In this document: one piece after another, positions 12,284 to 23,202 of the stretch
Position numbering within the stretch: the stretch's first letter is position 1
How the letters are laid out: every line of letters starts with the position of its first letter
NCBI GenBank assembly: GCA_051294375.1
Contig: CM119270.1
Coordinates: 16,430,165-16,494,164 of the forward strand
Source of the DNA: Paraspadella gotoi
Lineage: Eukaryota > Animalia > Chaetognatha
DNA: 64,000 bases
Direction: 5' to 3'
The notes under the pieces: generated by a model
What the model was told of the DNA's origin: nothing
Seen by the model: only the letters and a program-made list of their open reading frames with translations
The model's database searches: none
Program-made: the position numbers and the translations under genes

Positions 12284-14686
12284 ATGCGTCTCCCGACTTC
12301 GCGACGTTGGAAATTCGCCGGCGTCGCCCTCTACACTTTGACGGCGACGGCGGCTTCGGCTTTCTACATCGTCGACGTTGGATCCGATTTGGCGTTGGCG
12401 AAGAGTCACTTCCACAACGGGGACATTTACTGGGGTCAGTGGGGTGACTGGGGTCCAAGGGGTTAAGGGATCGGGAGGGTCCTTGGATTGTTGTCGGATG
12501 TGACGCTGACGAAAAATTACGGTGATGAGAGAATTTCGGAAGTATTTCTGATTACGAAGTTTTTATGAGTTTTTTAAAATCAACGTATTTATCTAATCTT
12601 ACGTATTAATTTTAGATAATTTTATTTACTCATCGATAATTGTCATATAAAAATATGTGCCGTCATTAATTACTTCACACACTTAACTTACGAATATCCA
12701 TATTTCAAAAAATTCTTGTATTGATTAAAAAAGAACCAAGATAATTAAAACAATACTACAAAATGCAAATTCGATTGAGGCCATGATTCTGATCCTCATT
12801 AATAAATCCTCCCCAATCCACCAGGTGGATGGACTTTGGGCATCGCCATATTCGCCTGGTTACTCACCCTCATTTCACTCATCTGGAACTTTCCTCTCTT
12901 CACCGAAAGTCTTCGTCGACGTGACGTCATCCTCATCATCGTCGCCTCCATTGTCGGTCTACAACTTCCGGTTGTCAAGGCGATGGTAGTGGCGAAAAAG
13001 TGGCGCCGTTGGTGGTGCTACAGAGCTGAAGATGAAAGTGGTGAGTGTTCAATGAGAGACGGAGTGGTCACCGTTGAATCAGAAGTGCCGGTTAGGATTG
13101 AGGAGTCGGGGTTTGGTGTTACAACGGCGTCGTCAGCAGCGTCGGCGGCGCCGACTGGGACGCCTAATGTGTCTACCACCGTGACTACACAGGATGACGC
13201 ATCATTGAAAACGATTCACAGCAATGCTGATCATTCTGAAACCGAATTCAAAGATCAAGCAGTTAATTCACAGACCGAAGAGGTTGACCCTGGAATCGAT
13301 GGCCCGAATTCACAGCAAACTGGTGCTAACAAACTCTGCAAGTCATTCAAAACCTTTGTAGAGTTTGAACAAAATTTTGTGGCTCTGCTGCGAGACCCTC
13401 CATCAAATCTCAAAGCCTCTCAGACCCCCAATAAAATTTTAATCAGTGAGGAGAAGCAACTGGAGCATCTCTATGATGCCTCCAACATCTCTTTAGTGGG
13501 GTTTGAAGACATGCCCTCCTTGATTCTGCAGCTCTACATCATCGCAAAAACAAATTCAATTGATTCATTGAGGATTTTAGGCGTTTTTACTTCTTTTGTC
13601 TCCTCCACTGTGGCACTTATAAAGGCAAGTTTTTATGTTAAATCTTAAGAAAGATTTATATACATTTGTAATTAGTTTATGTTAGACCAAAAAAAAATTC
13701 ACTCTCAATAAAAATTAGTAAGCAATTTAAAAATTGATCATTGATTTAAAAAAAATATTACATCATTCTTTTTTAATCATTCTATACTAGGTCCGGCAAG
13801 CGGCAGCTTCTTCGCGCGCAAGAAGCATCTCGTTTTGGGAATTTCAATTCTACCCCAAAGGATACGAGAGGACATGGACGAGGCATTGGACCTTCATCAT
13901 TTTCTATGCCCTCTGCCTTCAGTTCCACATCACAACGACCAACACCGTCCCGTTTCTTGCTGCTATTGATGGACTTCATTTTCTGTCTCTCAATCTCTTT
14001 TTTAGCTTGGAAGGCGCATTGCTCTATGAACTCTTCGTAAAGAGTAAGGATGATTAATATCATTTCAAAATTAAATACAAACAGTCAGAATATTTACTGG
14101 TTAAAGATTTACTTTAATCCTCTCTGTTCTTATTTAAACTCACTTAATTCCAGGAGGCTGGCGTGTCGTTACAGCTTCCATCATCTTCGGAATTCTCTAT
14201 GTCATCGTATCTCTCTGGATTGTCATCCGATGGATTACAAAGTTGGCACCATTCCTCCCTGCAGCATCTCTCAATGTCATCCCTTCTCCATTTTATCAGT
14301 GGCTACATGATGAAATCATTCAAAACGATTCCACTTCCAACTCGACCCGACCCTCGTGGGCAATTTGCAATGATTCCCTTTGGACCTCAACCACTTCTTC
14401 CAGCCTGCGCCTGTCCCTCTTCTCCAATGTCTCATTCTGCTTAACCGACGTTGCTTCAATCCTCTTTGTTATCATCTCCGTTTCCTGTTTCCTTGTCTTC
14501 TTTCTTCAAGTGGCATTTGTTTCTGGCATAGTTGACTGGATGTTGGGCATTGAAAGGAGTTTGAACAACATGTCGGAAGTCGATGCCAAGTCAAATGACA
14601 ATCAAAATTTGAGCAATGAGAAGTGCAATTCAATCAATACTACACTGGATCATCAAAAAATAACTGTTATGATTGGTTGTACTTGA
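12284..14686 (+). CDS. XK-related protein (Xkr scramblase family), copy 1; exons 12284-12434, 12825-13624, 13791-14043, 14154-14686; ~578 aa
   Basis: Family motifs FYIVDVGSDLALAKSHFHNGDIYWG-GWTLG and FEDMPSLILQLYII. Intron phases 1/0/1 join into one uninterrupted frame; intron 2 has a GC donor (AAG|GCAAGT). Confidence 0.9.
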
Positions 14687-14874
14687 AAATTAAATTTAGT
14701 AATCATAGTTTAAAATATATTTTTAATTTTTTTACAGATAAATTTTGTTTTCAGATATTGTACATACAAATATTTGAATAAAAAAATTTGCTATTGACAT
14801 TTAATTTTTTAAACTTCTTCCACCACAACCTCACGTTGCCACTTTATCATTTTGCCTAAACACTCTCCTTCATC

Positions 14875-15885
14875 ATGTGCCTCTTCAACTCATGTTATTG
14901 CAAATTTGCCAAAGCCATCCTCTACAGTATAACAGCATTAGCAGCATCGACTTTCTACTTTGTCGTTTGGGGTCAGGTTTGGCAATAGCAAAGAGCCACT
15001 ATGTCAATGGGGACATTCAATGGGGTCAGTAAGGAGGAGCTGGGATTAAATGGAAGTTAATCTTAAATATACAGATCTGATAAGAAAGATTTTTGATTAT
15101 ATGATTTTTACAATTTTGCTTTAACAACATTTTTATTTGTCAATTTTTTTAAAAGGAAAATTTATATTACTTCAAAATGCATGTTTTGAAAGGTATTAGC
15201 TGATGCTGATCAATTTTTTTTTAAAGCGGATATGGATAAGGCACTAAGTGGGCTGAAGAGTGCAATCCGCAACTTTTTTAACCCCTTCTAGTAGTTATGG
15301 AATGAGTCCTGGGCTTGGAACCAGGCTTGAGAGTTTTCTACACCCTCAAGGCAGTTTTTGGTCATCCTCAAGCTTCCTTCAGGGTAGGAACCGGGTTACA
15401 ACTGAAGGTGCCATGCTCATTGGCGGGGTGAACTTATGCAATGCCCATTGCCCAATTACACTCTTACACCCGTTTACATCATTGTATCCCAATGGATAAC
15501 CATGCGATGGATGACTAAGTTGGCCCCATTTGTCCCCGTGACCTTGCTTGACATTATCCCTCTGCTATTTTGTATTTGGCTCCATGATGAAATTCACGGG
15601 TTCAATTCAAACTTGACTCAATACTCCTGGGCAATTTGTAACAATTCACTCTGGACTTTAGCCTCTTCTTCCTCTTCTGCTTCGATCATTTTCATTGCTC
15701 TCTCTCCCTTGAGCGTCTTTGTCTTCATCCTTCAGGTGGCCACCATTTGTGGCGCCTTTGATGGGAAATCGGGCATTGAGACGAATGCAAGTGATTTGAT
15801 TGAAGATGAAGTGGATTGTCAAAAAGATACTCAAAGATTGAATCAAATTGAAAAAATGATTATTTTATTAGATATGCTCATTTAA
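14875..15885 (+). pseudogene. XK-related copy 2: frameshifted exon 1 (14875-15024) plus last exon (~15447-15885); exons 2-3 missing
   Basis: Exon 1 homology (KFAKAILYSITALAASTFY...AKSHYVNGDIQWG|gtcagt) with a 2-nt loss. Last exon RWMTKLAPFVP...WAICNNSLW is paralogous to 19714-20184. Confidence 0.85.
15226..15446 (+). mobile_element. Dispersed repeat fragment inside Xkr copy 2; second copy at 47168-47355 (-)
   Basis: Shared GGATAAGGC(A/G)CTAAGTGGGCT...TTTAACCCC...CTTGGAACCAGGCTTGAGAGTTT...GGCGG(G/C)GTGAAC...ATGCCC. Confidence 0.75.
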
Positions 15886-16047
15886 ATGTAGTTTATTATT
15901 TATGTATTTCCAGATATTTGATATAAATGCACTGCAACAGTCTTAAAATATTCTATAAATTCCTCACAACATTGCTTCATCTTGTTCAATTAAATGTCAT
16001 CCAGCAGCTGGGAATTTGCCAAAAACGTCTACATCCCTCTTTCCATT

Positions 16048-19000
16048 ATGAATCTCCCGTCTTCGTACCATTGGAAATTTGTCAAGGTCGCACTCTACAC
16101 TCTGATGGCAACTGCAGCATGTGCTTTCTACATTATTGACGTTGCGTCGGATTTGGCACTGGCGAAGAGTCACTTCGACAATGGGGACATTAACTGGGGT
16201 CAGTCGGGCGACTGGGGTCCAAGGCATTAATGGGTCGGTAGAGTTATTGGATTGTGGTCGGATTTGATGCAAGCAAAAAGTCATGGTGTTTGGAGAATTT
16301 TGGAAACATTTCTGATTAGGAAGTTTTTAAGATTTTTTTAAAATCCACATACTCATCTCATATTATTTTTAGAGATCCTTATTTACTCATCGATAATTTT
16401 CATATAAAAATCTGTGCCATTGTTTATTACTTCATACACATAACTTGCAAATATTGATTAAAAAAGACTGAATAATTACAACTAAAAAATGAAAATTTGA
16501 TTGAGGCGATTTTACCATGATTCTGATACTCTCCCATAGCATTCATAAATCCTACTCCCCAATGCTCAGATGGATGGACACTGGGCATCGCCATATTTGC
16601 CTGGTTACTCGCCCTCATCTCTCTCATCTGGAACTTTCCTCTCTACACTGAAAGTCTTCGTAGATGTGATGTTCTAATCATCGTTGTCGCCTCCATCGTT
16701 GGTCTACAACTTCCGGTCATCAAGGCAATGGTGGTGGAAAAAAAGTGGCGCCGTTGGTGGCGCGACAGAGCAAAAGATGAAGATGGTAAGAGATCAATGG
16801 CCAACTTAAATGATGGAGCATTTAGAGCTAAATCACAAGAGTCACTCTCAATAGAGGAGTTGGGGTTCAATGTTACGATGGAATCAACGGCAGCAATGGC
16901 AGGGGCGCTGACTGGGATGCCTGCTGTGTCAACTGCCATGACTACAGAGGATGACACATCATTGAAAATGATTCTCAGCAATGCTGATCATTCTGCAACC
17001 AAATTCAAAAATCCAGCAGTTATTTCACAGACCAAAGATGTTGACCCTGGAATCAATGTCCCTAATTCACAGCAAACTGGTGCTAAAAAACTCTGCAAGT
17101 CATTCAAGACCTTTGTAGAGTTTGAAAAAAATTTGTGGCTCAGCTGCAAGACCCTCCCCCAAATCTCAAAGCCTCTCAGACGACCGATGAAGTTTTAATC
17201 AGTGAGGAAAAGCAACTGGAGCATCTCTATGACGCCTCCAACATTGCTTTAGTGGGGTTCGAAGACATGCCCTCCTTGATTCTGCAGCTCTACATCATTG
17301 CAAAAACGAATTCAATTGATTCATTGAGGATTTTAGGCGCTTTTACTTCTTTTTTTTCCTCAACTGTGGCGCTTATTAAGGCAGGTTTTTTTTGTTAAAT
17401 CTTAAGAAAGTTTTATATATGTTTATAATTAGTTAATGATAGACAAAACAAATCTCTCTCTCATTAAAAATATTTTATTTTATGCAATTGAAAAAATTCA
17501 ATAATGGATTAAATGTTATATTTTTGTCACTTGAATTCAAAGCAATTTAAAAATTGATCATTGTCATTGATTTAAAAAAAATACATTATTCTTTTTACAT
17601 CAATCCATAACAGGTCCGGCAAGCGACAGCTTCGTCACGCGCAAAAAGCATCTCATTTTGGGAATTTCAATTCTACCCAAAAGGATACCAGAGGACGTTG
17701 ACAAGGCGTTGGATCTTCATCGTTTTCTACAACCTGTGCCTTCACTTCCACATCATGGCGACCAACGCCGTCCCGTTTCTTGCTGCTATCGACGGACTTC
17801 ATTTTCTGCCTCTCAATCTATTTTTTTGTTTTGAAGGCGCATTTTTTGAAGAACTCTTCATATTGAGTAAGGATACCACAAAGAGTAGTTTTTATGATCT
17901 ATATCTTTGCAAAATTAAGTTTAAAGATAAAGCATTCAAAATTTTTTTATGATTAGATTAGATAGAGAGAAAAGTAAATGATTATTTATTTACAACAACA
18001 GTGAAAATTATAATATTGGACATGTTTTGGCTTTTAGTTGCAAGCCTTTCATCATCACTTTTTACAATTGTGAAATTCAGAAGATTTTTACTTTACATAG
18101 CGTGTGAGAGAGAGAGAAATAATAGTTTCCAACAAAGAATTGAGAAAGGACAGTGGTCAGATCAATAAATTGGACAATGTACAACAAAGATATAGGGAAT
18201 AAATATTGATCCACACTTGTTAAACTCTGCCTCTCTCATTCTCTCTCTCTCCCTCTCACATCTATTTTTTCCCTCACCTTCTCTCTCTCTCTCTCTCTCT
18301 ATCTAACTTCAACCTGACCTCACATCTGATCACTGTCCTTTCTCAATTCTTTGTTGGAAACTATTCTTTCTCTCTCTCTTTCGCACACACTTTGTAAAGT
18401 AAAAATCTTCTGAATTTCACAATTATAAAAAGCGCTGATGAAGGCTTGCAACTAAAAGCCGAAACATGTCTGATATTATAATTTTCACCATTGTTGTAAA
18501 TAAATAAATATTTACTTATCTCTTTGTCTAAATTTAAACACAACAAATTGAAAGAAACTATACAATATCATTATATTATATTAATATTTTTATTTATAGT
18601 CTAAAATTGTTTTTATTTTATGCTAAAATATGAAAATATTCAATTTCTTTTTTAAAATAGTACCTACAAGATTGACGTTCAATCAAATGTTTACAAAGTT
18701 AATCTCTGTGAATTCATGTACCAAGTGACTTAATCCCAGGAGGCTGGCGTGTCATTACTGCTTCCATCGCCCTTGGAATCATCTTTGTCATTGTATCTCT
18801 CTGGATTGTCATCCGATGGATTACAAAGTTGGCGCCATTTCTCCCTGCAGCGTCTCTCAACATCATCCCTTCTCCATTTTATCAGTGGCTACGTGATGAA
18901 ATCATTCAAAACGATTCCACTTCCAACTCGACCCGACCCTCGTGGGCAATTTGCAATGATTCCATTTGGACCTCAACCACTTCTTCCAGCTTCCACCTCT

Positions 19001-19230
19001 CCCTCTTCTCCAATGTCTCATTCTGCTTAACCGATATTGCTTCGATCCTCTTTGTTGTCATCTCCATTTCCTGTTTCCTTGTCTTCTTCCTTCAAGTGGC
19101 ATTTGTTTCTGGAGTTGTTGAGTGGATGTTGGGCATTGACAGGAGTTTAGACAGTATGTCGGAAGTCGATGCCAAGTCTAATGACAATCAAAATTTGAGC
19201 AATGAAAAATGCGATTCAATTGAAACTTAA
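16048..19230 (+). CDS. XK-related protein copy 3, close paralog of copy 1; exons 16048-16198, 16570-17380, 17614-17866, 18740-19230; 1-nt frameshift at ~17133 (pseudogene or sequence error)
   Basis: Same exon boundaries and phases as copy 1. GAAAAAAATTTGTG versus copy 1 GAACAAAATTTTGTG lacks one T. GC donor AAG|GCAGGT; stop occurs 14 codons earlier than in copy 1. Confidence 0.8.
17965..18522. mobile_element. MITE-like inverted repeat (~200-bp arms, ~160-bp spacer) in intron 3 of Xkr copy 3
   Basis: 17965-18162 is the reverse complement of 18324-18522, with mostly transition differences; absent from the 110-bp equivalent intron of copy 1. Confidence 0.75.
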
Positions 19231-19297
19231 CTGGATCATCAAAAAATAACTGTTATGATTGGTTGTACTTGAAAATTAAATTTAGTAAACATAGTTT

Positions 19298-20184
19298 TCC
19301 CGCGCACATAACTTCTATCTTTGGAAATTTCTATTCTATCCAAAAGTATATGAGTTATTGTCAAAAAATCATTGGAGCTTCTACTTAATTTATGGTATTT
19401 GCTTTAACTTCAACCTCATGACGATGAACACAGTGCCATTTCTTGCTGCTATTGATGGATTTCGTTTTTTATGGATCATTCCTCTTTTTTGGATTGAAGG
19501 ATCCGTGCTCTTCCATGTGCTCTTTTCATTAAGTAAGGATGTTAAAAGGAGCGAATTTAGAAAATGCAAGATAGTGTTGTATACTTTGCAGTTTGCAGCA
19601 AAATGAATTTTTAATGTTTAAAATGCATCTCTTGTATTCCTAATCCAACAGTTAGGTTAATATTTAATAATACCATAATACCATAATATCCAATCTAGGA
19701 GGCTTCCTCGTCATTGCCGACTCAGTTCTCTTACATCATTTTGTCCCAATGGATGACCATGCGATGGATGACGAAGTTGGCGCCATTTGTCCCCGCGTCA
19801 TCGCTCGACATTATCCCTTCGCCAATTAGCCATTGGTTCCGAGACGAAATCCACCAGTTCAATTCCAACTCGACCCAACCCTCGTGGGCGATTTGTAACG
19901 ATTCACTCTGGACCTCAGCCTCTTCTTCTTCTCACTCTCACATCTCCCTCTTCTCCAAAGCCTCCTTCTGCCTCGCCGATGTTGCTTCAATCATTTTCAT
20001 CGCGCTTTCTGCCTCGAGCGTCTTCGTCTTCATCCTTCAGGTGTCCATCATTTGTAGCGCCTTTGACCGGAAATCGGACGTCGAGACGAAGTCGAACGAT
20101 GATCAAAATCCTAATGAAAAACTTGATTCGATCGAAGATGCAGTGGATTGTCGAACAGATACTCAAATAATTGAATACAATTGA
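19298..20184 (+). pseudogene. XK-related copy 4: truncated exon 3 (19298-19532) plus last exon (19699-20184, ~11-nt deletion near its start); exons 1-2 missing
   Basis: SRAHNFYLWKFLFYPK...NTVPFLAAIDG matches exon 3. It is fused directly to the 3' flank of copy 3; the last exon is out of frame with its acceptor. Confidence 0.85.
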
Positions 20185-20371
20185 GAAAATCACTATTTTT
20201 TTAGATATGCTCATTTACATGTAGATTATTATTTATGTATTTCCAGATATTGGATATAAATTCACTGCAACAGTCTAAAAAGTAAAAAAAACAAACTAAT
20301 TCTCCGCATTGCTCGCAACATCGCTTCATCTTGTATTATTAAACGTCATCCATCATTAACTCCACAACATC

Positions 20372-21256
20372 ATGCGCCAACCTCATCCTCAACATCAATA
20401 CTCCAGCAGCTGGGAATTCGCCAAAAACGTCTTCACCACTTTGACGGCGACTGCGGCGTCTGCTCTTTACATCCTCGATGTTGGGTCGGATTTGGCTTTG
20501 GCCAAGAGTCATTTCGACCACGGCGACGTTCATTGGGGTAAGTTTCTCGGGGTGAGGTTTTTTGGTTAAATTTCCTGGGGTAAATTTCTATAAGTCCATA
20601 AGTTCCAGATTATTTGGGAGAGTTTCTTGGGCTGAGTTTTCTTGAGGATGTTTCGGTGAATTCATTTGAAAAAGAGTAATATTTTTTAAGTGAGTTTAGT
20701 TGTCCGTGAAAGATTCTTTAAACTTACTTTAACTAACTTCAACTTACCTTTCAAAAGGTCCTTTTTCTCAAACGAATTAACAATAAACATTAGCTCAGCG
20801 TTTCTACGATCATTCCCCAGGCGGCTGGACCCTCGGCTTCGTATTCCTCGGTTGGTCCATCGCTCTCTTCTCCATCTTTTGCGATCTTCCTCTTTACGCT
20901 GAAAACATTCGTCGCGTCGACGTCGTCATAGTCGTCGTCGCCTGCGTCGTCGGTCTCCAACTTCCGGTCGTTCAAGGATTAATCGTCGTCAAGAAATGGC
21001 GGCGGTGGTGGAGGAGACGGCGGAGAGACGATGCTGCCGGTTGGTGAAGACGGGATGTCTCCGTGGAGGCTTTTTGGTTCTCTTTGGTATTTGAGGCTAG
21101 ATTGGTTTGTTTGTTTGTTTGTTCGTCTGTTCGTCTGTCTGAACCTCCAAAAGTCCACAGCAAAACTTGGGAGTAAATCTCTCTCCTATGAAATTGGTAC
21201 AAGCAATATAAAAATTATCCATTCATAATAAAACGTGGTCTTCTTCATCTCTCTCT

Positions 21257-21310
<54 letters not shown>

Positions 21311-23202
21311 TTTCACCTCTCCTCTTCTCTTCTTTTCATACTAAATAAAGGTAAATGTTTTTTCTTCCATTTTTTCCCAGCCTCCATTCCCGAATCGACG
21401 ACCAACTCGTTCACTCTTCCCGATTCACAAGTGGACCTCCCGGACAAAACCCCGAGACAAATCGCGAAAAACTTTCATTCTCCATTGAACAGAGCTACTT
21501 GGCCAAATTGCAGAGCGACACCCTCAATCCCGCCCTCGCCGAAGACGACTTGCTCAAGATCGAGGAGCGTCAACTGCAGCGTCTCTACGACGCTTCCCAC
21601 ATCTCGCTGGTGGTGTTCGAGGACATGCCCTCCTTGCAGCTGCAGCTCTACATCATCGGACGAACGAACTCGATCGACGCGCTGCGGATCCTCTGCGTCC
21701 TGACGTCGATCCTGTCGTCGACGACGGCGTCGATGAAGGTCAACTCGGGGACGAATTGATTTGGCCGTCGTTTGAGTTTGAGTAAAATTGATATCCATTT
21801 TATTTTTTTATACGCACAAGAATTTAAAGAATAGTTTAAACTTTAATGATGTCTAAGACTCATAGTAAAATAGAAAATTGCTTTAGTAGCTTTAATATGT
21901 AAACTTATAATGAATGAATTAATAAATGAATGAATAAATGAATAAATGAATGAATAAATGATTGAACGAATGAATGAATGAATGAATGAATGAATGAATG
22001 AATGAATGAATGAATGAATGAATGAATGACGAAATAAAGGAAGGAAGAAAGGAAGAAAGGAAGGAAGCAAAAAAGGGGGAAAAATGGGGACATGGTAAAT
22101 GAATGATTGATTTAATAAAAAAAAACTAATCTACATCATTTAAAGTAAACTTTCCCATCGACCAAGGTCTTTCAAACTGTTACACCCAGGCCCGCCGCGT
22201 GATGTCCTCATCTTCTCGAGCACAAAGTCTCATGCCCTACAAGTTCCGCTTCTACCCCGACGTCTACGAGTCCTGCCGCGTCGGCCGCTGCTGCCACTGC
22301 GTCGCCTTCTATCTCTCTCTCACGTTCGCCATGATGTCCAACTGTTCAGCGATCGCATTCCACGCCGCCGTCACACAAGGCGCCTTCCTCTTTCTGGGAC
22401 TTTTCTTCATTCTCGTCTCTTTGCTTATGGGTGAACTCTTTCCTTTAAGTGAGGGTCGACGGGCGGTTTGAGCCGAGTTGTGAATTGTTGTGAATTGCGA
22501 ATTGTGAATAGCGGCGGTATGACAGTTCCTAGTATGGGCCGTGGGATGGTCCACGGGTCTATTATCAAATTTGTATTTCGTTAGGCCCATTGATGCTGTT
22601 TATCAAGTTTCTTTACAAGCTTTTTTAGAGCTTGCATCAGTCAATCCAACCCCTAAAATTCCTTCCTTCTCCACCCAGGAGGTCGTCTCGCTTTCCTCGC
22701 CAGCTTCATCCTCCAAATCGTCTATCTCATTTCCCTTCATCTCATCGCCGTCCGCTGGATGTCGCGGCTGCTGCCTTCCTTGCCAACGGAGACGCTGCAC
22801 GTTATTCCTGCTCCGCTGCGGAGTGTTATTGGCAGCGGCGGCGCTGACAATGCGACGGAACTCAACCCCTGGGCGTTTTGCAACAATTCGCTTTGGACGG
22901 GATCGTCGACTTCCTCCTCTTCCTCCTCCCTCCGTCATCTGTTCCTCTCCAACTCCTCCTTCTGTCTCACCGACCTCGCTTCCTTCATCTTCCTCTTCAT
23001 CCTCGTCTCCAGTCTCCTCGTCTCTCTTCTCCAATTGTCCTTTAATTCCGGCGCCGTCGATCTCGTTCTCGGCGTCGACCGGAAAAGCCGGGAGGCGGAT
23101 GCCGAGGAAGAGGGCGGAGATCCGGCGCTGGAGACGAATTCAGTGCCGGACGGAAGGCGGGAGAGTGGCGGCGAANNNNNNNNNNGAACGAATGGTTTTT
23201 GA
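20372..23202 (+). CDS. XK-related protein copy 5 (divergent, GC-rich); exons 20372-20537, 20821-~21043, 21381-21738, 22190-22448, 22679-~23202
   Basis: LYILDVGSDLALAKSHFDHGDVHWG, VFEDMPSLQLQLYII and WAFCNNSLW motifs, with GT-AG introns at conserved positions plus one extra. The extra donor position is inferred from phase; the C-terminus crosses an N-gap (23176-23186). Confidence 0.88.
21910..22028. repeat. (GAAT)n microsatellite; also 30680-30748, 31810-31892, 44820-44890
   Basis: Direct tetranucleotide runs. Confidence 0.9.
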
